From an uncultured virus (IMG/VR IMGVR_UViG_3300006793_000020) (lineage: Duplodnaviria > Heunggongvirae > Uroviricota > Caudoviricetes): DNA of 64,000 nucleotides. The stretch lies in the IMG/VR virus record IMGVR_UViG_3300006793_000020; one strand, written 5' to 3'. Position 1 is the first letter of the stretch, and the number at the start of each line of letters is the position of its first letter. Shown here piece after piece: positions 29,701-37,969 of this stretch. The notes under the pieces were generated by a model. It saw only the letters and a list, made by a program, of their open reading frames with translations. It ran no database searches and was not told the DNA's origin. Made by a program: the position numbers and the translations under genes.

Positions 29701-32172
29701 TATCAGTTAGCTAGATTACTAGAAAATCCAAGTGCATTTGATATTAGTTGGGCGGCTGCGGCAGGCAATAATGAATTGCTTATGACAAACATTGACTCGT
29801 TTATCACAAACAACACTGTTGTACAAGTTAATCAACGTGTTGACAGTAATGCGTTGCCACTTAGTGAATGGACACTATTATCAGAGAATGATCCAGCAAG
29901 TATTATTCCTGAACAGTTACATATTAAAATGCGTGATAGTTTAACAGGTTATAATAGACATACTGTAAGATATACATATACAGATTGGAACAATAGTGCA
30001 GTGTATCCGCTAAATGCAGTTGTAAAAGAAGGCAACTTATTTTACATTTGTTTAGTAGAAGGAAATACTGGTAACCAGCCTAGTTTAGACACAGGCATGG
30101 AGTTGTGGGCTAGAATTTATGATTACTCATTACCAGAAGGCACACCAGAATCTGATATTGACGTACTGCGTCCACATGCATTGCCTGACTTAAACTTACA
30201 CGAATATGCTCGTTATGGTCATCTTATACGTCCAAGACAGAGCTTGTTTAGAAATATACTAATCGCAAGACAAAACTTTGTTGAAACTGCTAACAATTTA
30301 CTAGCTGACATTCCATTAGCTGGAAGTCCTATAGACAATTGGGAAACAGTTATGAATAAGACATATGTTGAAGGCGAAGTGACATATGATGTGTCGCCTT
30401 ACTGGGGGTACACTGACTATGTACGTCGAACATATGATAATAATGACAGCCTAACATACGAATACAATACAGCAATTGAACCAAAGTACGTTGCAAATGA
30501 TCGTACAGAGTTAATGGGAGAGTTGGGTGTTCCGTTTATATATAAAAATGGCGATACATTAAAAATAAACACAGTTATACACAATGATGGTGTTAATAGA
30601 CCAGAAATTTATTCACGTATCAATAATGAGTGGGTACTAGAATACAAAGTTAAAGGTGCTATACGTTTAAGCGAAGAACTTTGGAACAATGAAAAGTTTG
30701 GATTAGGATTTGATCTAGGTGGATTTGATACTGACGGATTTGATAACGCTGTTGATGGAATACTAAGTAACATATTTGATGGTTTACGTAATCGCATTTT
30801 TGTAGGTAAACACAAAGTTAAATATAACAAACTATGGTTTAAGTGTTTGTATCAGTCAATTGCAGATAATGCTGCTGATGACTTTGCATTTAAAACTACG
30901 TTTGTAAAATTAAATGTAGATCATCCGCTACTAACAGCTAAAAAACGATATGGAAACTATAGTGTAAATGTTATTGAAGACTTCTTTAATACAATCAAGC
31001 CTTTCCATACCAAGTTACACAGTACAGCAGACCGTAATACGTTTGCAGAATCTTGGACGACCGAAATAGATGATAATGATCGTAAGACAGATATCACAAT
31101 GAAGTATGAAGATCATCGTAGCACAAGAATATGGGCAGGAGACACTGTACTTGAAGGTGGTACATTTACTACTGCACCTGACAATGTTGATGCAATAACA
31201 TTTACTACAGTTGATGGCGACATTGAGTACATATACGATGCCAATATATTCCAACAGTCAACTGAAGAAGGTTGGGGAGCAGAATTTTTACCAATGGACG
31301 TTCACGAGAACATCAGCATACTAGTACAAACTGACAAAGTACGTACAGCCGCTTATACAACTGGAACAACAAGTAATGCTCTAGTACGCCGATTTGTTGA
31401 TTTAGAAACAATGATGGGTGGAGTGCCTGATAATGCAAGTCTTACGAAGTGTGAATTCAGAGGCGATTTTGCAACCAATGCCGAATATATCGACATTAGC
31501 TTTGACGATGGATCAACATTTAGAGTTGGCGAATTTGGTGGTGCTGACAGTCCAAACTACGCAACTAGTACAGTACTAACATCGAAAGATCTTACTCCGT
31601 TGCTGGTAGTAGACGGCGGTAAAACAGGTGTATTTGTTGAATATGATGCAAGTACGGCAGTTAACTTCTCACCAAATGGAATGTCCAACTACTGGGACGT
31701 AAGACTTTCGTTTGCTTCAAACTGGGGTGTTGGTAGCGATACACGCTCGTTCCGTATGAATATTTGGGAAACATATCGCTTGTACGAGAGTTCAGTTATT
31801 GTTGATGCAACTAAAACATTCTTAGCTCAAGGGTGTACTGCAACTGATACTACAATTTCGCTAAATCAAATTTTTGCAAATATGCCAGCAGGCGGCGGAG
31901 TTGTTTGGATAGGAACTGAAAGAATAGAATATGGTGCATACGAGGGCGGCAACTTGAGATATTGCACAAGAGGAACAAGAGGCACGAGTGCACAAGCACA
32001 TGCCATAAATGCCGTAGTTAATTACGAACCACGTGTACCAATACTAGATAATTTTGGTCATTATGGTGATAATTTAAGACTAGCCTATAACGATAGTGGT
32101 GTAAGCCTTGCCGATGCAGGTACTTCTACAGAACATGCTTTCATTAGAAATGCGGGTTCAGGATCGATATAA
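20791..32172 (+). CDS. Giant virion structural/baseplate protein (3793 aa; gp7 position)
   Basis: Uninterrupted 11.4-kb ORF coupled to gp6; Thr/Ser/Asn-rich repeats, Trp-anchored CBM-like modules, C-terminal KPFHTK and RGTRGT motifs. Confidence 0.8.
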   Translation: MSKFHAKPIVAKKSTRPGESSEYVGTRNTVDLLPAIFQTSVNKKFLNSTLEQLMSSGSMEAVNYYVGDRKNKDVTSDRFLTDGRSADQHQVVPGGVVRDNQDNIIEAISYDDLIDMLKFNEVDTTNVNRILNEPGYTLDLPINYDMFINHHHYFWLVDFLPVCTIPVTAADPIHIPDIIGLPYYKTPTLSNGKQLAFQNGMRVRFTGADASGSSEYNKDHTYIVDGVGTGISLTKQFEGPGTYGFGKRVWFNDTVYGAQEPSQWDTDDYDFTYPTYDFTSYDVLSRDYVVEERNSPDQSVWSRRNLWIHEDVVKIIADYTDYQHPGVTASTYLQDNFRGVRPIIEFKAGIEKYNFATSSLGSVTHIVDNVADPFGEIIGQTNWNLAVQTITASWTSQGFEYGSSVKLTSNGVDSFWNCIKTHTTSKNPSYVENAQYWSKVEARNLADGDTILFLNSSVGFNNNIYSVQVNSGGTVTGLTQIYGPSATTVPVKAGINVRIGYNNVLGETYPNNIYSGSEWYWDGNEWIYAQQKSYRSQGIKFNLYDTTLTPLDNSTKYPNSTFAGDNIFNYGTSNTKQDIALGFSPRYVDYGNTPGLGFDIDLGSKRYNYVEFNSVDSPTNNDASNTNEITGFYYYKKDDEYYNGWSEVRDQQPVKQHIQHVATNVSKPLVIDIGTTDIESYDTFKWSERKNKLQVHQYNKTHTRSDSIRVNGLNPRLFIDRNKTYNIVTNFDIYDLEFLNPDGTAFTVAQNISLSTPSNNERTLLVPDTFFNAVILYRRVSDVNVYGYIYVNSNSIADNLTITKNGEPFTAFTLANNKVTISNGILATDDLIDIEWHTLDNTLGSDTPADTHILNPQNEVLSQVSFGDILNHMKQQITGIPGLIGDFYGINNYRNLPRVHEFGGTIRKQAYSTELLTQTSMFTDTNLFSSLNFATKSYSNFKRQFIQKCKQLHNTLNSSASVITLVDEALKSMNIGKSRVDLFANSQMLKFKEFEELNSSWTASDTPVFDLPQTVNTYDDTKNHIQVFIREDDGSGNTIWRPLIKDQEYTVTQNKLTITTSVTYDSNGQVLLNVRWFSVTSPSWVPPSAVKLGLMKPTAIEATSTEIVGHDGSRTLRLGNELYNRNVAGFNIQDAVLFEIETRIYNNLTDIDIVDYKEIMPSASLPNRNTWEDLNNALHTSFNKWKIRNNVTVLHDATEYSASDPFTWNYSSMAPGIGGWRGLYTYYFNTYRPDTHPWEMLGYNKKPTWWDASYSWTDAAKRAALIGALKTGQYSDPTISPKKYNITYAYSAYNWDIDTLVTNAGVLNDPDTANVVGGTPLYTTTNDFVYGDWGTIENTWRESSDYKIALFHALLKLRPLRITNDYFRSNTRTKLDNVNTVQVLFSDTNDLGNNKLTKLTNKEYDENIVELVNVVDGGTGYSSAPQLNVFSNFGSGVKLQATVDSGSITSVAVVDPGGNYQTTPSIIPADLGTTKFTVILASDVKSYIDGLNNALVNFAEHNSTKVDTIETRFKNYSTNPIIKAGGFVNNNQEIILESSQDKGRVNIPEENISTVLYTSQPKEELFLGAVKVTKVATGYKVSGYDTTKEYFTYFKPQKDDGFVITIAGSQQLNKYKYHSNSDSILDYNTIFGDIQSLYDFIIGYGEYLQSKGWKDSWASTAAQTVIWSQTAELTDIHYTIPNTTKIEILENNNGYFSNINNKFDGQYNIISKAGLQILNNKLTITRDVIGEDDGVTVIEAKNGTEIYGIRLYRVEIEHMLIIDNQSNFDDLIYDPALGLRHKRVIWRGSRTKNWNGKLFAPGYIVNSSSVVPNFDTVANEIDQYYGAGNTLSNQQQVDAARFNTGYNKPIWNEVVGLDDDTLFNFVKGSRKYRGTRHALNAFMRNTGLFGTLSTATVHEEWAIRTADYGDTRSRNTLEFELTTDLLKTNPQPVRFSSTELNDVLSDIVIDVDFNSPLLVNGIPGNNFTTRPPKTFNYTTIEQENIYANDFVTAGLPLLTETDYRVLNKEDFAKFPQEVKPAYKFDGNWKTIKQWDNKTAYKYKDRVIYAGRVWEMLDPDGTSGLTKPNDPIEITATVTLPSIRANEETKIITIDGIDVELEQTTDTTTFGIINVTGSNNIGDSNVVPDNSTLILGSSSTNARTVTFDSTVTTTTYNDVSIVGNTSNPSITGSSTKELIIESQSILFNELESTTTNISALSVWEDALTIAGAGGSIPSLASARITATSNLRTEFLLVDSEANWNTWWTSYTSSAAGFNLTFALSEYGAGHAYSSAVGNLITSDVNIINAVRGTSYVPADVLAGTEVVTTPDITATQSAVGGGTYIAAWNTYVKGTFSPSVISNSTIIDTISTSGFKIYNVAEIINKINDQSIPNVLATATAQNRIAITKTTNTPSNPFTLTISVASANADVGFSTIGSQTETSSGSINLSSPNLTITQVVNQINNANISGVTAQAGGVNLNVLQINSNNETLYIGSGTANSIIGLGSGVTNAPITTTTVSSSVDLNSIINIINDAAISGIGASNSNNRLKLTSTNSTLVIGGGTANSIVGLTAGTISATQTQTSNVFNAFVGSDGNQVFQQMENDPHVFSIWVADNVGDDDSSTSGYGVYQTMDFGMHIQKACAGNNDADDALINIKVEDHFVNTHNFTAGDYVLIAGSNTVPNIDGIHLVTDVSSANTASFFIDEYIQEEGNAGNVYPIRNVRFPDFNTLNSQTNATVNGLFKYNFQRVRQDNLQSPIYAFVDDDGTGAPGVYTWNGSFTNSTGHTGGNWVKVRTSTAQARNDLVESVKLYDAYTRSTIAQLEVFDPAKGIIPGFIDEEIDFTLTADIAVYNYNSIDGFTENTKSWTSNEVGVRWWDINTAIYVDYEQSSIDYKQAYWARLFDGASIDVYEWTRSSVPPEEWQELVLRKGVVDGSPATGVPLSSIIDNEVVYNWTEEIFYNSKTKRTEKSYYFWVKDKQNNTGSNRNYNTYQLARLLENPSAFDISWAAAAGNNELLMTNIDSFITNNTVVQVNQRVDSNALPLSEWTLLSENDPASIIPEQLHIKMRDSLTGYNRHTVRYTYTDWNNSAVYPLNAVVKEGNLFYICLVEGNTGNQPSLDTGMELWARIYDYSLPEGTPESDIDVLRPHALPDLNLHEYARYGHLIRPRQSLFRNILIARQNFVETANNLLADIPLAGSPIDNWETVMNKTYVEGEVTYDVSPYWGYTDYVRRTYDNNDSLTYEYNTAIEPKYVANDRTELMGELGVPFIYKNGDTLKINTVIHNDGVNRPEIYSRINNEWVLEYKVKGAIRLSEELWNNEKFGLGFDLGGFDTDGFDNAVDGILSNIFDGLRNRIFVGKHKVKYNKLWFKCLYQSIADNAADDFAFKTTFVKLNVDHPLLTAKKRYGNYSVNVIEDFFNTIKPFHTKLHSTADRNTFAESWTTEIDDNDRKTDITMKYEDHRSTRIWAGDTVLEGGTFTTAPDNVDAITFTTVDGDIEYIYDANIFQQSTEEGWGAEFLPMDVHENISILVQTDKVRTAAYTTGTTSNALVRRFVDLETMMGGVPDNASLTKCEFRGDFATNAEYIDISFDDGSTFRVGEFGGADSPNYATSTVLTSKDLTPLLVVDGGKTGVFVEYDASTAVNFSPNGMSNYWDVRLSFASNWGVGSDTRSFRMNIWETYRLYESSVIVDATKTFLAQGCTATDTTISLNQIFANMPAGGGVVWIGTERIEYGAYEGGNLRYCTRGTRGTSAQAHAINAVVNYEPRVPILDNFGHYGDNLRLAYNDSGVSLADAGTSTEHAFIRNAGSGSI

Positions 32173-32175
32173 ATA
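32168..32175 (+). promoter_or_regulatory. T4-type late promoter
   Basis: Exact TATAAATA overlapping the giant gene's stop codon. Confidence 0.7.
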
Positions 32176-32194
32176 TTATAAATGGAAAAGAATC

Positions 32195-32794
32195 ATGAGT
32201 GTTAATAAAATTGAAAAAACAATGATAGGCGTAGAAGGTCACATTACAATATGGGATCCCGAAAACGGCGATGTATTTACTCGCCGCCGCAATGCTATCA
32301 ACTTTGAAAATATGAGCGTAGCTCTTGCTAATCTATTAGCAAACGAAGCTGGTGCAACTGGATCTCATCACATTGGTACGATGAAGTTTGGTAATGCTGG
32401 TACAACAATTGACGGAGTAGGTGCAGTAACATACAAAGCTACTAATACAACGTTGTCAACTGGTGCACTATACAACCAAACGTTTAGCAAGGCAGTAGAT
32501 GAAGCAGTTACAGGATCAGCATTAAATAGTGTAGAAGTATCACATACTGCTACAAATTTGTTTAGCGATGTAATTGTAACATGTACATTAGACTATGGTG
32601 AACCTAGTGGACAAGATGCTACAGACACTGCAACCAACATGGACGGAACATATGTATTTGACGAACTAGCACTGTACAGTGCTAATGATGATTTGTTAAC
32701 ACATGTAATTTTCCATCCAGTACAAAAAAGTGCCAATAGAAAAATACAAGTTATATATACGCTCAGACTACGAACATCGTATAGTGACGTTTAA
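32195..32794 (+). CDS. Baseplate/tail structural protein
   Basis: Start moved to ATG 32195 after the late promoter; LDYGEPSGQ, VFDELAL, LLTHVIFHPVQKS. Confidence 0.65.
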   Translation: MSVNKIEKTMIGVEGHITIWDPENGDVFTRRRNAINFENMSVALANLLANEAGATGSHHIGTMKFGNAGTTIDGVGAVTYKATNTTLSTGALYNQTFSKAVDEAVTGSALNSVEVSHTATNLFSDVIVTCTLDYGEPSGQDATDTATNMDGTYVFDELALYSANDDLLTHVIFHPVQKSANRKIQVIYTLRLRTSYSDV

Positions 32795-32803
32795 GGAAAA
32801 GAC

Positions 32804-33721
32804 ATGCCATATACAGTAAATTATTCAGAGACTGGTAAGACACCAATAGTAGTAAATGACGCTACTGTTGATACAAGTACTAGTTTAAAACTAATAGGTA
32901 AGAACTATAATAGGTTTGGTGAGTATCTTAATGAAGACTTATTACACTTATTAGAAAATTTTGCAGGAACAACTGCACCAGAAAACCCAACTGAGGGACA
33001 ACTTTGGTACGACACAAGTGAAAGCTACTTAAAAATATACGAGAGTGGCAAGTGGTATACCATTGGATCACCAGCTGGTAATACTAGAATGGAAGTAAGA
33101 GTAAGGCTTGACACCAATGGAGTTTCGCACTATACTATAGAAAATATTGTTGATAGTGTTATTGTTACTATACTTGTAGATGACACTGTCGCTTGGACAC
33201 CTGCGTCAACAGAATATTTGGAAGATGGTGTAACTGAATTAAGTACACAATTTCCAGTTATCCAGTCTGGCGTAAACATGAATACAACAACTAATTTTAA
33301 GTTTAGAGGCATTGCCACAAGTGCTGAATATGCTGACCTTGCAGAGCGTTATGAATCAGACGAAGTATATGAACCAGGTACAGTAGTAAGAATTGGTGGA
33401 ATGAAAGAAATTACACAAACTTATAACCATGGTGATCCTGAAGTATTTGGTATTATATCTACAGCACCAGGATTTGAAATGAATAGTGCAGCTGGTAGTG
33501 ATGATACACATCCGTTTGTGGCATTAGCAGGGCGTGTACCTTGTAAAGTAGTTGGAATTATTAAAAAGGGCGATAGAATGGTTACTAGTTTAGTCGCCGG
33601 ACATGCTGAAGCAGCGCATATGACGGATATATTAGATTATAGAATTATTATTGGGAGAGCTCTTGCAGATAAAACCGATGACGGTGAAGGTTTAATCGAA
33701 GTAGTAGTAGGAGCAAAGTAA
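32804..33721 (+). CDS. Tail fibre/baseplate protein with C-terminal intramolecular chaperone (peptidase G2-like) domain
   Basis: LLENFA...PTEGQLWYD N-terminus; YADLAERY...PGTVV...VALAGRVPCKV...IIGRAL C-terminus. Confidence 0.75.
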   Translation: MPYTVNYSETGKTPIVVNDATVDTSTSLKLIGKNYNRFGEYLNEDLLHLLENFAGTTAPENPTEGQLWYDTSESYLKIYESGKWYTIGSPAGNTRMEVRVRLDTNGVSHYTIENIVDSVIVTILVDDTVAWTPASTEYLEDGVTELSTQFPVIQSGVNMNTTTNFKFRGIATSAEYADLAERYESDEVYEPGTVVRIGGMKEITQTYNHGDPEVFGIISTAPGFEMNSAAGSDDTHPFVALAGRVPCKVVGIIKKGDRMVTSLVAGHAEAAHMTDILDYRIIIGRALADKTDDGEGLIEVVVGAK

Positions 33722-33722
33722 C

Positions 33723-34847
33723 ATGGCGGTATCAGCAGGTACAGTAGTACTAGCCAGTGAATATAACACAGTTGCAGAACTTGTCAACAAAATTTTTGGT
33801 GACAAATATTCCGCAGTGCTTGTCACTGATGCTGACAGATCTGACCATAAATTTGGTTGGGGAGCTGTTAATATAGAAGATGCACTTGTTAATGGTACAC
33901 TGATTACTGCTGAACGACTACAAAGTATGATTAACCGCACTAACGTTATGGTGGATCATGTTAATATTAACGATACTATTTTAGTTTTTAGTGTTCCGTC
34001 TAATCGTACAGACGTACTAGCTAGAACACTAATACGTGCAGAAGACCTTAACATTGTTGAATCAAAATTATTAAACAGTATAATAAATGCTGGAACACAC
34101 CTTACTATTGATCCAACAAATGCTAACTCATATATTGCAAACCCAGCTCAGCCATATGAGCGTACTGCATTATGGCAAGACCAGATAATTGGCGAACACA
34201 AATGGACATTTGATAGCTATAACCATGCTCGTTACTTTTTTAATAGTGGTGGGCAATTACGCTTAAACATGGAAATGTCTGGAGGTAGTACTGCTGGTTA
34301 TTACAACTGGGCAGACATTATTAATGAAATTGGTGTATTGAGCTTTACATGGGATAATACATTTCAGAGTAGTAGTATTACACAAGGTACTAGTGAAGGC
34401 AAAGGTTTTTATGATTTAACCAACACATATCAACTATTGTTTACTAGTAGTGGTGTTACTGCACCGCCAACTGGTTATGGATATGGTTACGGGTATCAAC
34501 AAGCAGGCTTGTATGTACATGAAAATGCATTTGAAAGCCAACTTCCACTGGGAGATGCAGGTAGTGCATATGGATATGGATATGGATACGGCTACGGGTA
34601 CGGATATGGCGGTTACGCTAACCGTTATATGAAATTGTATGGAAAATGGGCAGATAACGGTAAAGATGTAGATTTTAAAATTACATTAGACGACACAGCA
34701 TTTGCTCAAGTTACTGATGGACAACTAGAAGCAACATGTAGTTATCTAATGCCAGATGTTATCACAAAAAACGATGCGACCTTTGATGTCACCCCTGATC
34801 CAGTGTTTTCAATAGTGAATAATCTGCAAACCGCAGATGATGGCTAA
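33723..34847 (+). CDS. Putative virion structural protein with (YG)n tracts
   Basis: ARYFFNSGGQ motif; last gene of the structural block; two Tyr-Gly tracts. Confidence 0.65.
   Translation: MAVSAGTVVLASEYNTVAELVNKIFGDKYSAVLVTDADRSDHKFGWGAVNIEDALVNGTLITAERLQSMINRTNVMVDHVNINDTILVFSVPSNRTDVLARTLIRAEDLNIVESKLLNSIINAGTHLTIDPTNANSYIANPAQPYERTALWQDQIIGEHKWTFDSYNHARYFFNSGGQLRLNMEMSGGSTAGYYNWADIINEIGVLSFTWDNTFQSSSITQGTSEGKGFYDLTNTYQLLFTSSGVTAPPTGYGYGYGYQQAGLYVHENAFESQLPLGDAGSAYGYGYGYGYGYGYGGYANRYMKLYGKWADNGKDVDFKITLDDTAFAQVTDGQLEATCSYLMPDVITKNDATFDVTPDPVFSIVNNLQTADDG
34473..34616 (+). repeat. Coding Tyr-Gly dipeptide repeats (34473-34496 and 34569-34616)
   Basis: GYGYGYGY and (YG)7GY, encoded with mixed TAT/TAC and all four Gly codons. 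Confidence 0.95.
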
Positions 34848-34855
34848 AAAAACAC

Positions 34856-34884
34856 TTGACTTTTTACCGATAAATAATTATACT
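34856..34884 (+). promoter_or_regulatory. sigma70-type promoter with nested late promoter
   Basis: TTGACT (34856-61), 17 nt, TATACT (34879-84); GATAAATA at 34869-76; AGGAG RBS follows. Confidence 0.7.
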
Positions 34885-34910
34885 AGCATATAACTATAGG
34901 AGAAACTCAT

Positions 34911-35258
34911 ATGGATGAGAGACTTGAAAGAGCGCTGGAATTCGGAAACTATCGCACAACGTTAAGTAATCAAAAGAAAAACATTATTGCACGTATGCAA
35001 ACACTGCAACTTGTGCATCATGAAGGAGGTTCCTTCAAAGCTAATCCAGTAACTATTAGCTTTGTACAGGCGTTAATACAACAAGGAAAAGCAAAGGGTG
35101 TTATTCTTGATACTAAAGAAAACCCTATTGAAATACCTAACTTAGACGAGTTTATGGAATTACTTATTAGTGCCTACAGCGAGGGTGTTAATGAATACAA
35201 AGTACAAATGGATAAGCTAAAAAAAGCAAGAAACATTAAGAAACTTATGGATTGGTAA
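34911..35258 (+). CDS. Hypothetical protein (115 aa)
   Basis: Strong RBS, first gene after promoter, coupled to next gene. Confidence 0.8.
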   Translation: MDERLERALEFGNYRTTLSNQKKNIIARMQTLQLVHHEGGSFKANPVTISFVQALIQQGKAKGVILDTKENPIEIPNLDEFMELLISAYSEGVNEYKVQMDKLKKARNIKKLMDW

Positions 35259-36160
35259 TGAGCGAAGAAGAAAAAGGCACATGCTTCTTTGCATATAACA
35301 ACAACAAGATTGATTATGTTAAATTAGCACACTTTGCAGCCGCACACGTAAAACGAAATATGAAAAACAATAGTACCTGTCTCATTACTGATTCGGGTAC
35401 GTTTGCATATCTTAAAGACAGTATTGATTCCAAGATGCATGAATACTGTTTTGATACTGTTGTTATCAGTGACGTTGCACACGAATCTAATCCACGTAGA
35501 CACTTTGATAGTCCGTGGACAGAATTCAGTGTACAATTTAGTAATAGTAACAAGCATGATATTTTTACACTAAGTCCGTTTGAAAAAACAATGTTGGTTG
35601 ATACTGACTACTTTATTATGAACGACTTTTATGACTATGTTTTTGATAGTGACATACCGCTTGCTATGCACAAATATGCAAGATATTTAGAACACCAAGC
35701 ACCTTATATGAATGAACAACAGCTTAGTGAAGCTGGCATACATCACTGGTGGAGTACCGCTGTGTACTTTGATAAAAGTGATGAAGCACAGATTTTCTTT
35801 GACACATGGGAGCATGTAAAAGATAATTGGGACTATTATCATTTACTATACCAATTCCCCCCTGGACTTTTCCGTACAGATTTTTGTGTTAGTATAGCAG
35901 CACACATACTTAACGGATTTAACGAAAATAATTTTGTACATGATTTTGGTGGTGAACCTTTAATTAGTATGGACCAAAAAGATGACCTTGTTGAAGTTAA
36001 AGACTGGAATGATTTAGTCTTACTATCTCATAATCGAAAAGAGCAATGGAAAAACATTCTAACAAGACAAATTAATACAAATTTACATATGATGAACAAA
36101 CTTGCAATAACAAGACAAACTGATAGGTTTGAACAGTTAATTATGGAGAGTATAACATGA
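35258..36160 (+). CDS. GT-A glycosyltransferase-like protein
   Basis: ATG overlaps upstream TAA; SPFEKTMLVDTD DxD motif. Confidence 0.6.
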   Translation: MSEEEKGTCFFAYNNNKIDYVKLAHFAAAHVKRNMKNNSTCLITDSGTFAYLKDSIDSKMHEYCFDTVVISDVAHESNPRRHFDSPWTEFSVQFSNSNKHDIFTLSPFEKTMLVDTDYFIMNDFYDYVFDSDIPLAMHKYARYLEHQAPYMNEQQLSEAGIHHWWSTAVYFDKSDEAQIFFDTWEHVKDNWDYYHLLYQFPPGLFRTDFCVSIAAHILNGFNENNFVHDFGGEPLISMDQKDDLVEVKDWNDLVLLSHNRKEQWKNILTRQINTNLHMMNKLAITRQTDRFEQLIMESIT

Positions 36161-37041
36161 GTCGTGGATTTGTTATTATTGGTATCAATACTGACGTTGA
36201 TAAAATTAAGTATGCTTATGCTACTGCATTAAGTATTAAAACCTGTGATCCTGATGCAAGTGTAACTATAATATATGACGGTGCAAATAGTGAAACAGAA
36301 GCCAGTTTAGGAAAATACGAAGCAGCATTTGATTATGCTGTGGAACTTCCATTTGGCAACAGTGGACATCTTGACGGATTTCATGGTTCAAACTTGTGGC
36401 AATTACATCATTCAACACCATATGACGAGACAATTTATGTTGACTATGATACAATATTTGTTAACGTTGATCTTGACTTACTGTGGGATACATTTTCACC
36501 TTATGACTTAGCAATGAGCAAAAGAGCAATGACATATAGAAATATGTTAAGTAATGATAGATTCCAGTTTGAGTATGAAAATATGTATGGACTACCAAAG
36601 CTATACAACAGTATGATTTATTTTAAGAAAGAATCACAACTTGCTATTGATTGGTTTAAGATGGCTGATCCGATCTTCCAAAATTGGAGAGATACATATA
36701 ATAGTGTCTTTAAAGATAAGAAACCAGAATCATTTAACAAGAATGTACTTTGCAATATTGTAACTGGTATGCTCGATGTTGAAAAGCAAATTGAAGTAGA
36801 GATAATTAATCTATATGACCTAGATGCAAGAAGCCAATATCTATGGAACAATGATGTTTCAAATCAATGGACTGAAAACCTTAACTACTGGTTTCCTAAA
36901 AACAAACAGTTACTTATTGAAAACAGTGCAATCACAAATGGAATCGTACATTACAAAGACGAGAACTTTTTAACGAATGAAATTTTAAATGAATACAGAG
37001 CCCAAGTTAATATCAATAGTAGGCGAAAAGCCGCTTCCTAA
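36157..37041 (+). CDS. GT-A glycosyltransferase-like protein (paralog of preceding gene)
   Basis: TPYDETIYVDYD DxD motif, YNSMIYFKK, VHYK. Confidence 0.6.
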   Translation: MSRGFVIIGINTDVDKIKYAYATALSIKTCDPDASVTIIYDGANSETEASLGKYEAAFDYAVELPFGNSGHLDGFHGSNLWQLHHSTPYDETIYVDYDTIFVNVDLDLLWDTFSPYDLAMSKRAMTYRNMLSNDRFQFEYENMYGLPKLYNSMIYFKKESQLAIDWFKMADPIFQNWRDTYNSVFKDKKPESFNKNVLCNIVTGMLDVEKQIEVEIINLYDLDARSQYLWNNDVSNQWTENLNYWFPKNKQLLIENSAITNGIVHYKDENFLTNEILNEYRAQVNINSRRKAAS

Positions 37042-37969
37042 GTACTATGTATTCTATGACGAATGGTCAGGAGAAATATACAGCGTAGGAAATAAATTTA
37101 AGGACGGTGGGTACAGCGTTTTACTCACTGAGGATAATACTGCGGCTGAAATTTTGATGGGGCATCTAAATCCACGCAAGTATATTGTTAACGATACGCC
37201 AAGTGGTACGTTTATTATGGCTAAGTCGGATAGTTTACGTATCAAAGCTGAAGAAGATCAACTTAGTAAAATTGTAGAAGTACCAAATACTGTTGATAGA
37301 GAAATCAATATCATTACATATATTGAAAGCATGATGCTAGAAATTAATATTAGTAGTGATACTGTACTTAAAATGGTTGGTAGGAATGTTAACAAAAAGT
37401 TTAGCCAAGCGCATAACGAAAACAATACTACACTATATTTTTATATCGTTGCAAAGGATAACCCATCATATCTATACAAAACAATTGAGATTGACCCTAT
37501 TGATTTAATCAATGATGGTGTTGCTACGTTTGATTTATATGACCTTTCAACTAAAGTAGCACTGGGTGACATTGATGTGTTAACCCGTCGAGTATTTAAA
37601 AGTTATGGCTTGAAAAAGAAAACAACCTATGTTACACTAGACTACAACAGGCGTAAAGTTACTAAGCGTAATATGGTTAAAATTAGAGACGACAAAGATG
37701 CCGTGTTTACACTTAGTGAAGCAAACAGTGGTTGGATTGTGCGTAGTAATTTCCAAGATCCTGAAGAAGTAAAAATTTATAGTGATCTTACTTTTTATAT
37801 TGTTGGAGATTCACCACATGAACTACTGGGCAGTTTTACATTGCCAAAGACTGAACTAGGATGGGGTAGAGAAACAACTATCAAGACCAACGCAGATCTA
37901 AAAACGTCTCAAATGCTTGTTGGAGAAGCGGGCAGAAATATTACATTTAACTATGAGGAAATAAAATAA
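36989..37969 (+). CDS. Hypothetical protein (326 aa)
   Basis: Long ORF in operon; internal repeated L-x-FYIV...P...L motif. Confidence 0.75.
   Translation: MNTEPKLISIVGEKPLPKYYVFYDEWSGEIYSVGNKFKDGGYSVLLTEDNTAAEILMGHLNPRKYIVNDTPSGTFIMAKSDSLRIKAEEDQLSKIVEVPNTVDREINIITYIESMMLEINISSDTVLKMVGRNVNKKFSQAHNENNTTLYFYIVAKDNPSYLYKTIEIDPIDLINDGVATFDLYDLSTKVALGDIDVLTRRVFKSYGLKKKTTYVTLDYNRRKVTKRNMVKIRDDKDAVFTLSEANSGWIVRSNFQDPEEVKIYSDLTFYIVGDSPHELLGSFTLPKTELGWGRETTIKTNADLKTSQMLVGEAGRNITFNYEEIK

Noticed and set aside
31340..31740. Possible intein or foreign insert in the giant protein
   Set aside because: No intein splice or homing endonuclease motifs seen; a compositional shift cannot be established by eye.
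32108..32194. Extended N-termini given by the ORF track (also 40405, 42083, 48049, 49091, 6193)
   Set aside because: Downstream ATGs fit promoter, RBS or stop-start coupling better.
34473..34616. YG tract as a slipped-strand microsatellite or CRISPR-like repeat
   Set aside because: Synonymous codons vary and there are no spacers; it is a protein-level repeat.
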